Positions 17,691-32,600 of a DNA stretch of 64,000 bases are shown here, in pieces. The translations under genes were made by a program, and so were the position numbers. The stretch lies in the NCBI RefSeq assembly GCF_009914755.1, contig NC_060929.1. The stretch is one strand, 5' to 3'. The DNA comes from the human T2T-CHM13v2.0 reference genome, Homo sapiens. Under the pieces are notes generated by a model, which was not told the origin of the DNA, ran no database searches, and saw nothing but the letters and a program-made list of their open reading frames with translations. Position 1 is the first letter of the stretch. Each line of letters opens with the position of its first letter.

Positions 17691-18744
17691 ATATACTTTC
17701 ATAATTCTAAGTGGTATATACTGAGTGTTGTAAGTGAAAACTTTCCACAAATATGAAATTGATATGTGAGTGTTGAAGGAGAGTGGGAAAATCATGTCTG
17801 TTAACCTCGTTAAGATGAATGAAGCTAAAATCTTCATTTTCCTGATCCCTTGATCTTTCTTATCCTTACGACATCACAGAGTACTAGGTAAACGTAATAA
17901 ACATAATAACAGTTAAAATTTGTTGGACAGTCATGATGCATCTGTTACCCCTCTAAGCACTTTGAAGTGGTATTATTGCATTTAAACATAACAACACCCC
18001 CATCAAGCAGTTACGTCGTTATTTCCATTTTAAACATGAGTAAAGGGGACACAGAAAGGTAAAATGACTTCCCCAAGATGGCAACGCTAATCATTGGCAG
18101 AACTATCATTTGCCCAAGGGAATCTGACTCCACTGGATGTACTTATCCACTAATCTGAAAAAGAGATGCTGCTGGATCAGAACACATGGGTCATTATCCT
18201 CTAGCTAACCTACATTGCAGAGTGAATCATCACCTTAGGTTTTATTCCTAGTGTTCCCTGATAATCTTAAAGGCCACACTCATAAAAATTCCACCTCTCT
18301 TTTTATACGAAGTCACTGTAGTCATAGTGATATTTTCTAATTAATTCAACATGCAACTAATTTAAGAACTTGAACGCAACAGACTGATTTCAAATCTCAA
18401 GAATGAATGGAGAAAATAAACTAGTTTTTCTCGTAGATCTCCAGGTGCTATAAATTCTAAGGATCTTTCTCATTCATTTCTTGAACTAGAAATTGAAGTC
18501 TCTTCTCTTTTGTGATGCACTAAAGTTCAATTTCTCTATATAAACACATTTTGAGGTATTAATAATTAAAAAATAATGTACAAAAGCCAATCATGAGAAT
18601 GTTGAGGGCTGCCTGTGTGTGTACATATATGTGTGTGTTTGTGTGTGCATGTGTGAACTTATAAATACACACCCATAGACCCTGTTTTTATGCAACCCAA
18701 ACCCCATTGTGCATTTTTCTAATAACTCAGTCTATAAACCTTAC

Positions 18745-19036
18745 CCTCTCATCTTCTCTTGATGTTTTGCATAACCTTCTGGGATATCCCTGTCTCTTCT
18801 ACTTCACTGCTGGAAAAAAAATTAAGCATTCTCTAGATTTCTGTCAGTAAATTTAAGTTTCTATACTTGGCTACCCTCTTAGCAATACCTAAGCAGAGTT
18901 TAATCTAGAAATTTAGAGCAATAAAAACGTTTTAATACAGGAAATTATTTTGCTGTACAATATAGGCAGACAGTTTGCCTTCAGAAATTCAGAAATGCAG
19001 CTTTTGAGGGAGGTCAGCATCATTGGTCTCAGCTAC
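18745..19036 (-). ncRNA. MRPS30-DT: Candidate downstream exon of the divergent lncRNA
   Basis: Minus-strand acceptor ttccttctgtattgcag|G ending at 19037. Followed either by ATTAAA (18936-18931, terminal-exon model) or by donor AGG|GTAAGG at 18744. Exon use is inferred. Confidence 0.4.
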
Positions 19037-19049
19037 CTGCAATACAGAA

Positions 19050-20215
19050 GGAAATAATTTATTTCATAGGGAAAAACATGAAAAAGACTTATCTCACACC
19101 ACACACAGAAATGAATTCCAGCTGAGCTAAAGACTAAAATGTGAAAAAAGACAAAATTATTAAAATTTTGGAAGATAATATATCATAATGTCGATTTGTG
19201 AAATATTTAACCAGGTTTTTTTAAATGAGCAAAACATAAATATGATCACATTGAAGTTTAAGAACTTCTCTTTATCAAATGTAATACTGAAGAAACTGAA
19301 AAGTCAAGCCACAAGCTAGGCAACATATTTGCAAACTATTTTAAAAAAAGATGAACAAATCCTGAACAGGCATTTCACAGCAGAGGAAATAAAAATGACC
19401 AATAATTGTACTAAAACAAGCTCAAATTCATTAGTAGGCATGGAAATGCAAATTAGAACCACAAAAAGATGTCATGTTACCCAGTGAATGAAAACTTAAA
19501 AGTCTGACAATAACAAGTGTTGCTGATAATAAATTGCTAGTAAGTGAAAGAGCTGTTCAAAATTGACATATAATAGTTAAAATAAAACACTTTTAGAAAA
19601 CAGTTTGACATCTTACTAGAGTTGAAGATGATTCAGCCACTTTTATTCCAGCCACTCCATTTCTAGCATACACTACAGAGAAGTGTATATTTAAAGAGGC
19701 CTGTTTAAAATAGGTCAAAATGAGAAGCAACGCAAATGTTAAACAATAGGAGGATTATCTACTGAGAACTATCCATGGAATGTAATACTATATAATGTAA
19801 AAATCATCAAACCACAGCTACAAAATTCAACATGGATATATCTCATAAACTTAAAGTTGAATGACCAAACCCATTACAGAAGAAAATACAAAGCATGCCT
19901 TCATTTATATAAAGTTCAAGAACATGCAAAACTAAACCATTGAAAAGCCATACAAGTTGTTCACTGTGAAAGTGAAACATATGTTGAACTTTTAACAAAG
20001 TAATAATAAACATAAAATTGAAGACAGTGGCTACCTCTGGTGGAGAAAAGGAGGGATAGGATTGGAGTAACAGCGGACGGGGAACTCTTCAAAGCAACTG
20101 GCAATGTCCTATTTCTTGTGTTGGAAGGTAGGTATGTGATTGTTTATTTTGTTTTATTCTTCAAATTTTACAAAAATTTATCAATGTCATATCTGTTCAA
20201 TATTAAATTACAAAA
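19050..20215 (+). mobile_element. Old L1M (L1ME-like) fragment
   Basis: Degenerate ORF2 3' and 3'UTR motifs (aacaggcatttcaca, gaaatgcaaattagaaccaca, ctgacaataacaagtgttg). Confidence 0.7.
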
Positions 20216-20661
20216 TTTAAAAGGACTCGCTGGTTCCACTTCCTCACCTGCATAGCCTGGCCTCTCCTACTATTCTTCACTACCATCTGAGTTATCTCAT
20301 ATGCAAACATTTCTCTGCTCATAGTTCTACAATGGTTGCCCATCCCCTACAGGAGTGTATGTAAAATGTATGTAGCACACAAGGCTCTGCATAAAGATAC
20401 AGTCATTAAAATATCATTAATTTTCCAGTTTATCCTTTCTAAATTTGAACTTGGGCACAGACTATTAAACTTCAGTGTAGAGAATCAGTACAACCAGAAT
20501 TCGACTTTGGAATCTGTACATGATCAGGTTTATTCAGCAAGTAATTGTCCACTTGATGGAATAATATATAATGCATGTATTCAGATTCTGGTGAAACATT
20601 ACTTTTCTTCCACATTTCTTACATCTAAACCAAGTTTTGTTCTGATTTTTAAAAGAAATAA

Positions 20662-21093
<432 letters not shown>

Positions 21094-21320
21094 TCATCTT
21101 TTGTTAATATTTTATTGCACTTCTTTCCTGGCTTTTTCCGTGTCATTATGTGTGTATTTCTTATCCAATCATGTAGTTTATACATTTTTTTAATCTTGGG
21201 TTTTAAACTCATCTTTATTTCAAAACTATTTTACTATTTCAAAAATGTTATTTTAATGGTTTCATAGTAGTCTTAATTTAAATATACTACAACTTATTTT
21301 ATCAGTCCTATACTATTAGG

Positions 21321-21405
21321 TAGATATATATCGATATATCTATATATATAGATATATCTAATGTATATATATATCTATATATATATCTATATCGATATAT
21401 ATCTA
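21321..21405. repeat. AT-rich inverted repeat (37-bp arms, 11-nt loop)
   Basis: 21321-21357 is the reverse complement of 21369-21405 at 35 of 37 positions. Confidence 0.9.
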
Positions 21406-21801
21406 TATATACCCCTCACAATGATTATACAAAATCGGGCCTAGAGGAAGGGGAAGAGGCAGAGTGGTGACTCAAATGCAAGGGAGAAAGAAGTTTAGAG
21501 GAACAGGGTTTCTTTCACTAATTGTGAAGAGAGAGAGAGAAAACTATTCTGGACAGAGGACTAGGAAGCTGGATGGAAGAAACTCACCAACCAAGTGGTC
21601 ATAGAAAAACGACTGCCCCTGCCTGCAGGTCAACAGCCTGAGTACTTTCAACCCTCGTGACTGGGAAGTAGGGACTTAGATCTGCTGGAGATTGGGTGGA
21701 AATGATGGTGCCATGTTTGGTGAGCTTCTAGTCCTTGACCTGGGCAAAATTAAACTTTTTCCAGAGAGTAGAAAAGCAACCCACTGTCACCATTAAAAGT
21801 T

Positions 21802-21803
<2 letters not shown>

Positions 21804-21837
<34 letters not shown>
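21804..21837 (+). repeat. (GT)17 microsatellite
   Basis: Direct inspection. Confidence 0.97.
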
Positions 21838-21841
<4 letters not shown>

Positions 21842-23589
21842 AATATGTTAAATTATATTGAGTCACTCTGATTGACTTACAAATTTTTTCCTCAGGGTCA
21901 GAAGTAATGGACATTTTAACAGACTGAACTATATCACCAAAATACTCCCCAGAAAAGTGGTAACAATTTACTTTCCAATTGTGAATATCATACTTTTGAT
22001 GCCTATACATAAATTCTTTAAGACTATTTTAACTACTTGTGTTATTTTAGAAAAATATTAATTTTAGGCCAACTTAGATCAACATAAATTTGAAGGAAAT
22101 ATATTGAAGAATGAGAGGAAAATTATTGTTTTTCTCCTATGTCATCTTACAGACAAGTTTTCATTAAACTGGGATGACTTCACTTGCCAAAGACATTTGA
22201 TATATCAAATGCAGCCATATGTTCTAAATATAACGGATTACTGCCATGTGCATGAGTTAAGGAACATTGTATTGTGTATTGAAAGAACATTGTATTGAAA
22301 GAACATTTAAAATATATGGTTAAATTTCAAATAATTCATGTTGCAGATGTGTTCATATTTTAATGACAGAGAAGTAGGAAAATACATAGCCTGGTGTTTG
22401 GGGTATAATCAGTTTGATGGTACACCTAAGCCATATTGAAATCTGGTCCTATCTCCAAAAGAGTATATTTAAATTCACAGGTAACTCCTCAGAAAGTCTT
22501 TGTTAGGGAGGAGGAAGCAGAAACTACAAATGGATAGAGAGAATAGGATGCCAGGAAACTCATCGGTCTAATATTCAAGGAAGCATTGTGTGCATGACCT
22601 CTTGGTGCCTCACTTATGGACTGTGAATAGATTATGAGTGGATTAGCATTTCTATTGATCCTAGTTTTATTCTGTTTTTTATGATTTTTGGCATTAATTT
22701 TGACTTTTAAATATATTATATTTTTAAATATATTTTATTTTATGTTGATTATTGAGTTTTTAAAACCCCTCCTTAAGTTTTGCACTGGTGGCAAGTAAGA
22801 CACTCAAATTACTCCTGTCTCAGTAGACATGCCCCTGGCTACCTTTTTCTTCCCTTATTTGTCCAGAAGCTTAGCATAGTCATGTGGCTACTGAAAGTCA
22901 GAATTTTTTACTATATCTTCCAAGCCAGACCTTTCCCCTGTGGGCTCTTTTTTATGCTTCAAAAGGCCTCCCTCTTTCTTATCTCACAAACATGAAAAGA
23001 ACTCTTAAATACATTCTACTCCTAGGTGTTCTTATCCTAGCTAGTTGTAGACAATATAATAGACAATACATTGCACATGAATGTTGAAGGGTAATTATAT
23101 TACTATTGCTAGGGTAAATGTATGTGTTAAAAAGAATCTACCTAGAGATAAACTCTTCTTATCTATTTTGACAAAAATATGTATGCTTCTAGTGGTATGA
23201 AGATGGCTGTGAACAAGACATATAAGATTTCCATTCTCATGGGATTTAACTTATGGAAGATATACAAGCATAAAGATTTGATCAGGATTGATGACATCTC
23301 ATGCACTTTGGCAAATAATGAGGAAGGAATAATAACAAAAATGCTGGTAACAGAGTCAGTACCCATAGGTACTGACTTGAAAAGATAGGCTTGTCTGATC
23401 TGGGTAAGATGGCAGAAAATGAGATAAATGTAAACTGTTGAATTTGAGTTTTAATGATAACTACAGAGAAGGGGCTGTAGCTTAGTCATAACTCATACAC
23501 TTTGCTACACAGAAACTCAGTATGAATTGACAGTTTGAAATGGTTCCACCCCTAATTCAGATAATATGTAATATGGAGGTGGGTGTTTC

Positions 23590-24170
23590 CAGGGTTGTTG
23601 TTTCAGGGATGCAAAATCATTCTTAGATTTGATGATTTGCTAGGACTCACAGAACTCAGAAAAGTGGTGATATTCATGGTTATAGTTTTTTACAGTAAGT
23701 TAATACACATTAATATTAGTAAAGAAAAAATGTGCATAGGGTAGAGTCCTGGAGAAAACAGGTGCTACCTTCCAGTTGTCCTCTTCTATTGGAGTTACAT
23801 GGACAATGCTTACTTCTCCCAGCAATAATATGTGACAATTCATACAAAGTGTTGCCAACTGAGGAAGCTTACTTGAGCATTTGTATCCAGAGTTTTTTTT
23901 TACGGGTCAGTCACATAGGCACAGAGTGCTTGCCTGACTGACTTTAGTTACTTGTTCTCTAGTCTTTTCAGAGGCCAATCTGATAATATGTGTTCCAAAG
24001 CCCCAGGTATACAAAGATACTCTCATCAAGCAGGATATACCAAGGGACTAGAAGTTATCCCTCAGAAACCCCAGGGCCAGTTATTTTATTTATTCATTCA
24101 TTTATTTATTTTTGTAATGAACAGAATTTTAACACTCTGAGTCTGGCGAGTTAATCCTTTACTGCACAGT
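23590..24170. mobile_element. MER21-like ERVL LTR
   Basis: gatttgctaggactcacagaactcagaaaag...ttaatcctttactgcaca resembles MER21; start approximate. Confidence 0.6.
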
Positions 24171-25227
24171 TGCTTAATTCAGCAGGACAAAAAATGTCAT
24201 AAAGGAACCAGGATCATCTTTCCATTCTGTCATTCTTGGTGTTCCTGTGATGTCTCTTTGCATGATTGTAAATGGCTAAGACAATTCCAAGCATTACATG
24301 AAGATATAACAACTATTGTTGAAGATGATGGGGGTACCTCCCTTTATCAAACTGGAAAACCCATCCAAGAAGCTTCAAGAAAAATTGCCCTCAACCATTG
24401 TAACGCAGGCTAATCATGATATACCCCATGGACTAAGGGGACTGTTACCTTTCCTGAGCACACTGGAGAGTAAATGCCTGAACACAATTCAGGTTCTACT
24501 AGTCAGGAAGAAGAGGACAAGAGAATGGTCATTGGATTCCAAAACGATCTGCCACAACCAATCCATGTTTTCACAGGAATCAAAATTGAATAAGTCAGAA
24601 GTTATAGGAATATTAAGCTCAATTTGGTGTAATGAAAAACACTGGATTCACACACTGCTTTTTATGTATTCTTAATGTAGTACCTATTACATTGTATTCA
24701 AATTATCTTTTCATGAAATGGTATTTACAGCTATGCTTTGCGGTCCTCAAGAACAGGGACAAGTCATATTTCTATGCCTAACACTTAACATACATTAAAC
24801 ATTAAATAAATCATTGATGAGAACATAAATGAATTAACAGAGTAGTCCAAAAAATAAACAGGGATACTCTGGCAGTAGGTGACTTCATCATTCACTTGAT
24901 AAGATACAAGAAAGAAGTCAGGTATTAAAATGGGTGCTGATACAAAATAACCTTTACATATGCTTCCAATACTAGATATTTTAAAAATGAAATTGCTATA
25001 TCATGAGAATAAATTGGTTTCTAGTGCTAATAATGTACTTCCTCTTCTTGTATTACCACCCCCAAATAATAATATTAATAAGAACATAATGCTTAAAGAG
25101 CATTTTATTTAGTGACCCTGTGAGAAATCAGGACAGGCAATAATAATCCTACATAGATAAGAAAATTGAGGCCATGAGGCCTTAAGTAACTTCTCCAAAC
25201 TCACACAACTTATTAAAGTAGAGGAGC

Positions 25228-25861
25228 TGTTACAGGAAAGCAGTCCTGATCCAGACCCCAAGTGAGGGTTCTGAGACTTCACACAAGAAAGAATTCAGGA
25301 TGAGACCATACAGTAAAGTGAAAGCAAGTTTATTAAGAAAGTAAAGGAATAAAAGAATGGCTACTCCATAGGCACAGCAGTGGCATGGGCTGTTTGACCA
25401 AGAATATTTATAGTTATTTCTTGATTATATGCTAAACAAGGGGTGAATTATTCATGAGTTTTCTGGGAAAGGGTTGGACAATTCCAAGAACTGGGGGTTC
25501 TCCCTTTTTTACGCCATATAGGGTAATTACCTGACATAGTCATGGCATTTGTAAATCATCATGGTGCTGGTGGGAGTGTCTTTTAGCATGCTAATGCATT
25601 ATAATTAGCATATAATGAGCAGTCAGGAAGACCACAGGTCACTTTCGTCACCATGTTGATTTTGGTGGGTTTGGGCTGGCTTCTCTACCACAACCTATTT
25701 TATCAGCAAGATCTTTGTGACCTGTATCTTGTGTTGACCTCCTATCTCATCCTGTGACTAAGAATGCCTAACCTCCTTTGAATGCAGCCCGGTAGGTCTC
25801 AGCATTATTTTACCCAGCCCCTATTCAAGATGGAGTCACTCTGGTTTAAACACCTCTGACA
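25228..25861 (-). mobile_element. MER41B-like solo LTR inserted in a MIR-like element
   Basis: Minus strand begins tgtcagaggtgtttaaaccagagtgactccatcttgaatagg; 634 bp; 4-bp TSD GAGC at 25224-25227 and 25862-25865. Confidence 0.88.
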
Positions 25862-25996
25862 GAGCCAGGAACATAACCCAAATAACCTGATTCCAGAGTT
25901 CTTACCCCTAACCACTACACTTTACAGTACTGACTCACTCTTTCTTGCCCACGTTCTTTGCTTCCTTTCCCTGGGCCATCAAGACATACTTCCTGA

Positions 25997-26331
<335 letters not shown>

Positions 26332-29300
26332 TAACAGATAATTATACATAAAAAGTCTTTCAAAAATCTCCACTTCACATAACTGCTAGATTAACTCACA
26401 CACTCCATTATTCTGTAAGACCTACAAAACTGTAGGAGAGAAAAAAATAGTTTTCTCTAGCCTTCATAATTCTTAATTGAGACTTCCCTGTAACAAAAGA
26501 CAGATTAACAAGATGTGAAAGGAAAATTAATATTGGGACCCCAAAATCTCTAGGCTAAAGGGAAAAGTCAAGCTGGGAACTGCTTAGGGCAAACCTGTTT
26601 CCTATTCTACTCAAAGCCACCTCTCTGGTCACTGAGATAAATGCATATCTATTACCTCCTTTGGTGAGGCAAATCAGAAACTCAAAAGAATGCAACCATT
26701 TGCTCTTATCTACCTATGGCCCGCAAGTCCCATCCCTGCTTCAAGTTGGCCCACCTTTTCAGATCAAAATGTTCATCTTATATACGTTGATTGATGTCTC
26801 ATGTCTCCTTAAAATGTATAAAACCAAGCTGTGCTCTCGTTACCAGAAAGGGGTCTCGATCCACACCCCAAGAGAGGGTTCCTGGTTCTTGCACAAGAAA
26901 GAATTCAGGGTGAGTCCATAGTGCAAAGCAAAAGCCAGTTTATTATGAAAGTAAGGTGGTGAAAGAATGGCTACTCCATAGACAGAGTAGGGCATTCTTG
27001 AACACACCAGGACAAACACGTCCACCCTAGGTACAATATTTGTTTATATATAGGATAAAAAAGATATGGGGAGATGAGCTCTGCTACAAGAATTTGTGAT
27101 AAAGGATTTATTTTCCTAATTACTATATTTTGCAAGAATTGATATTATTATCTTTAAAGCAAAATTAAGAATGCTTCTGTTCTCAATATTCGGGACATCA
27201 GGACACTCCTAAGTCTGGGTCTGTTTAGTAAATGTTATCAATCTGTTCCCTTAACCATGAACATCTAGAGGCTAGGGATACCTAACTTTTTGGGAATGCA
27301 GCCCAGCAAGTTCCAGCCTCATTTTCCTAGCCCTCACTCAAGATGGAGTTGCTCTGTTTCAAATGCATCTGACATATTTCCCCCCCTCCCTTTACAAGAG
27401 GACCCTTAATGCTAAGGGTTGCAGAGAGATGAAGATCTGTCTTCTCTAATTTCTTCAGGCTGAATAGAGGTGATAATATTCCTGCCTAACTACTGGGTCT
27501 CTTGCATTCAGGGTAGAGAGGGGCTCAGTCAGAAAGCATCAGTATGGTGAGGGCTATTCATAACTCTCAATTTCAACAAAAGGTGATATCTGAAAGATTA
27601 ATAAGTGTTCAATTTAAGAAAACATTGAGTAAGCCTGTCTTGCATTCCTACACACAGAGTACAACCACAATACATTCCAAAATAGCAAAGCAAATTAAGT
27701 AAAAGTATCCCAAGTAAACTAAATTAGAAGGCTTTCCATGAACTGGGCAATTGTTGGAACCAAGCTGATATGGGGTTGCTAGCTGATTCCAATGTGCCCA
27801 GAATTAGGATATCAATCCAGATTTTTACATTGACCAACCCTCTTATTTCTTCTCAGTAGCAGCCAGAGATCACTGGTTGGTGCACAGGAATAAGCAGGGT
27901 TAGTCTAAATTGCAGAGAAAAACCTCAAAAACAACTGAGGAGACTAGAACCTAATAACAGGTGTACCATAGTTCTTGAAACACAATTTTTTCCTCTCTTC
28001 AGTATCCCATTTTTATTAAAGACAAATCACGATAAGACTGATTTGCTTTATTATACTTGGCCTGATTATTTGTGTAAAATGTAGCAAGAATAATTATTTT
28101 TCACTTAGACTTTTTAGATTGGCTTTGATGGAACTCTCTTCCATAGAAGGAATCTCAGATAAGACTTTTTTAAAGTCAAGCCCTGATATGGGATTGTATC
28201 CTCAAATACCTATGAGTTGGGTAAATGTCTCTCCTTTTGAGGTCCCAAGATAACTTAGGGCTAATCAGCCTGTCAGAAAGTGATATTCTTTACTTAATAC
28301 AGGTCAGGAATCCTGTGCAGGGACTGTGTAGACAAAGTATGAGGCCAGATTTCCTAAGGGGCTTTTGTCGCCTCTATATGTCAAGTTTAATTCCTTAAAG
28401 GAAAACACACCATTCCAGTCAAGTCCTTGGTAAAATAACCAGTTTCTCCAACTGTGTATTGTTGCAAAAGAAAATTGATTCTTATTGCACTTACACAAAT
28501 AATTATACTGACATAAATTAAGAATACTCACAACTAGTTCCAAATTCTGGAGAAATCAGTTAGAGAGAAACAAATATGTTCCAAATTTTGTTCACAGGAG
28601 TATACTTTACTCAATTGCTAAAAGCTGTAAATAGCTCAAAAGAAAAGCTTCCTTGACTCTGAAAAAACAAAACAAAGGATCAGCAACATTTTAAGCAAAA
28701 ATATTACTTCAGTCTTCTTCAGTTCGGTCCATGCAGTTAACTCCTATTTGATATCCATGAAAATTTTGACTCTCCATGAGTCCTGAAAGTTTTTTTCTCT
28801 AATGTCATAATCTTCAAAGTCATCAGAAACTTGCATTTAAGAACATCTGTCAAAGTCCTGCAGCTGATTACAAACCACCTTTTGAAGAAGATTAAAACAA
28901 AACATCAATTGTCTGTGGATGATAAAAAGTCTTAGGATAGCCACTATCAAAGCCACAACTGATAAAAAAACTTGGTTACTTCTGTGGCATACAAAATTTT
29001 ATGTAATAATTGTAATTATCAGTGATAAGCACACTAAGTTATATTAGGATTATTGGAGTTTCCCATAATTCTGGAACACATACCAATAACATATTTATAC
29101 AAATATAGCCCAAAGAAAGCCAATTTTATATGTGACAATGTTTCCTTTACGATTTTTGTACTAAATAAACCAAACTTCACCTTTACATTAGCATACTGTT
29201 AATGTTAAACCCAAGTCCTAATAAAACCTAATAAAAATATCTACCCAATTTTAATATTTGACAAGGGGTAAGATTCTCATAAACCTCTTATAACCCTTCA

Positions 29301-30946
29301 AAATTTTTTGTTAAAGAGCAGATCAGCGCTCTAAGAAAAAGTATGCTTGTATTCCAATGTTTAATTTACAGAAAAACTGAATACTCCTTTAACTTTGGCC
29401 AATATGTTCACACATAGATAATTTTTTTAACAAGATTAATTTTTCACAAACCTTCCACAACTTGTTCAAACATTCAGCTTTATCCAAACTTAAAACAATC
29501 ATTAACCCTTTAATCTAGGCAGAAACATCCACATTCCCATGCCCTCTTATAATCTTTTACCAAAAACACATTTCAATTTCTTTACACACCTTACATGTAG
29601 AACTGTTTCTATTTTCCAAAGATTACTTAAGTCACGTGACCTAAAAGACATTACACTTTTAACTTTCCTGACAAAATATTTGATTTAAGCTTATATTATT
29701 ATTAAACCAATTAATCAAAGCTGTTTTAGATACAAATATCACACACCCAACACATATAAATACGCAGACAGAAGGTAAAGGACTCATTCCCTAAGCCAGG
29801 AATTGAACCCTGAACCCCAGCCGCCATTGTGATGAGGGAGACCAAGAGAAAGAACTGCCACGTGCTTATAAGGTCAAACTCCTGAGGACATACAAAACAG
29901 GAGGAAAACCTCATCCAGTACCCCCCCACCCAGGGACCTGCAGCAAAGTTTATAAATGACCAGTTTGCTGGGCTATCTTGAACAGTGGGCTTATGGGTTT
30001 CTAAGCCCATGTTCTATCCTGAGGTACCCCTCTTTATGATAGAACACACAAGGCACACCAGATTCACTGCAGCTTAAGATAAGCCTCACAAATCCTTTTT
30101 TCCAATAATCAAAACTTAATGAAGGAGATAAACAGTAATTTTTACCATTCAATGAACCAGTTTGCACAGAGAGAAAGAGAGAGAGAGGAAGCATTGCCTT
30201 GGCAGGGTGAGGAAGGCAAAGACTCAGGGAGGTCAGAGAAAGACCCACCAATTGCTCAAAAGTTCAAGCAGCTGCTTCTCAGTTGTTGGGAACAGGCCTC
30301 CCACCATCTGGCCGTAATCTGGCCCCAAAACTGGCAATAAACAAAATCTCTGCAGCATTGTGACATGTTCATGACGGCCATAATGCCAATGCTGGAAGGT
30401 TGTGGGTTTACCAGAATGAGGACAAGGAACACCTGGGCCACCCAGGACAGAAAACCACTTAAAGGCATTCTTAAACCACAAACAATAGCATGAGTGATCT
30501 GTGCCTTAAGGACATGCTCCTGCTGCAGGTATCTAGCCCAACGCATCCCTTTATTTCGGCCCATCCCTTCGTTTCCCCTAAGGGATACTTTTAATTAATC
30601 TAATATCTATAGAAACAATGCTAACGACTGGCTTGCTGTTAATAAATACGTGGGTAAATCTCTGTTCAAGGCTCTCAGCTCTGAAGGCTGTGAGACCCCG
30701 ATTTCCCAGTTCACACCTCTATATTTGTGTGTGTGTGTCTTTAATTCCTCTGGCACTGCTGGGTTAGGGTCTCCCTGGCTGAGCTGGTCTCGGCAAGCAG
30801 CATCCATTGTGGGGGCTCTAATCCAGGTCAAAGGGTCGTTAGAGCGACGGTTGGAGAACATGGAACTAAGCTGGAGGACACCTGAGTACTCTTAAAGCAA
30901 TCCCCGTGGTAAGTAAGAAGGGGAGCTCGGAAGCATCAGGGTAACA

Positions 30947-31730
30947 ATGGGACAAGTGTGGGGTCTGGTTCATTCTGCCTTGTAACTTTTTCACACTGAT
31001 GATGAGGAGGAAGGAGAGTATAATGAAATAACAGAAGAGGTTACAGAGCAGGTTTGTTTGCCAGCTAAAGCTAAAGTGGCAAAGAAGGGAGAGATTCATC
31101 GCTACCCTTCTGCACCCCCTCATTGTTATTTTGAAGAAAAAGAGTGGCCTGACTCTCCAGATCTTTCTTTTCCGGAGGACACTGGGCGAAAAGTAGTTGC
31201 CCCAGTGACTGTTTGAGCAGTGCCTCGAGCGATCACTCTTAGTTCTATTCAGGCTGGAATTCAGCAAGCTAGACGTGAGGGTGATTCAGAGGTTTGGCAG
31301 TTCCCTGTTAGAATACACCCCCCAGATCAACAGGGAAATATTACAGCTACATTTGAGCCTTTTCCTTTTAAATTCGGGAAAGCACATTTAGTTGATTATA
31401 TCAAGGCCTGTGATGATATCAGAGGTAATCTGCATAAGGCTACTCTGCTAGCACAGGCAATGGCAGGACTGAGAGTGGATAAAGGAAATACTCCATTTCC
31501 TGGAGCTTGTTTTAACTGTGGGAAGCATGGTCATACGAAAAAAGAATGTAGAAAAAAATCAGCAAGTCAGGCCGACAGATAGGGGAAAAAAGAAAACTGC
31601 TGAGCCCAAAATATGTCCAAAATGTAAAAAAGGAAAATATTTGGCTAATGAATGTCACTCTAGTTTGATAAAGATGGGAACCCGATTTCGGAAAATGCCA
31701 TGAGGGTCCCGTCCTGGGCCCCATTCTAAA
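30947..31730 (+). pseudogene. HML-3 gag remnant
   Basis: Starts MGQVW at 30947; zinc knuckles CFNCGKHGHTKKEC and CPKCKKGKYLANEC in different frames; stops and frameshifts. Confidence 0.85.
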
Positions 31731-31789
31731 CTGGGGCATTTCCAGCTCAGGCCATTCCCTCACCCCTGTACAATGTCTGTCCCCCACCA

Positions 31790-32600
31790 CAACTGGTAGT
31801 GCTGCAGTAGATTTATGCTGCACAAAAGCTGTGAGCCTTCTGCCTGGGGAACCCCTGCAAAAGGTCCCAACATGAGTCTGTGGACCCTTGCCAGCAGGTA
31901 TGACAGGGTTACTTCTAAGAAGGTCTAGTTTAAATTTAAAAGGGGTACAAATGCATACAGGAGTAATTGATTCAGATTATAACGGGGAAATTCAAATTGT
32001 TATGTCTACTTCTGTTCCCTGGAAAGCAGAGCCAGGAGAGCGTGTAGCACAGCTCCTGATTGTGCCATATGTGGGAACGGGGAAAAGTGAAATTAAATGA
32101 ACAGGAGCATTTGGAAACACAAATAAACAAGGCAAAGCTGCTTATTGGGTAAATCAAATTACTGATAAACATCCTACCTGTGAAATAACTATTCAGGGAA
32201 AGAAATTTAAAAGTTTGGTAGATACAGGAGTGGACATTTCAGTCATTTCTCTACAGCACTGGCCGTCCACATGGCCAATTCAACCCACTCAATTTAACAT
32301 AGTTGGAATTGGTAAAGCCCCTGAAGTATATCAAAGTAGCTATATTTTGCATCGTGAAGGGCCAGATGGACAACCTAGGACTATTTAACCAATTATAACT
32401 TCTGTACCTATAAATTTATGGGGAAGAGATTTATTACAACAATGGAGAGCACAAGTTCTAATTCCAGAACAATTATATAGCCCTCAAAATCAACATATGA
32501 TGCATGAAATGGGGTATGTCCCTGGTACGGGACTAGAAAAAAATTTGCACGGTTTGAAAGAACTGCTTCAAGCAGAAAGACAAAGTTCCCACCAAAGGTT
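31790..32600 (+). pseudogene. HML-3 dUTPase-protease (pro) remnant
   Basis: dUTPase motif GVIDSDYNGEIQI; protease LVDTGVD near 32215; NLWGRDLL; G-patch-like [13 protein letters not shown]; in-frame stops. Confidence 0.88.

Noticed and set aside
22275-22306. Two-copy 16-bp tandem duplication (tgtattgaaagaacat)
   Set aside because: Ordinary slippage duplication; no array or spacer structure.
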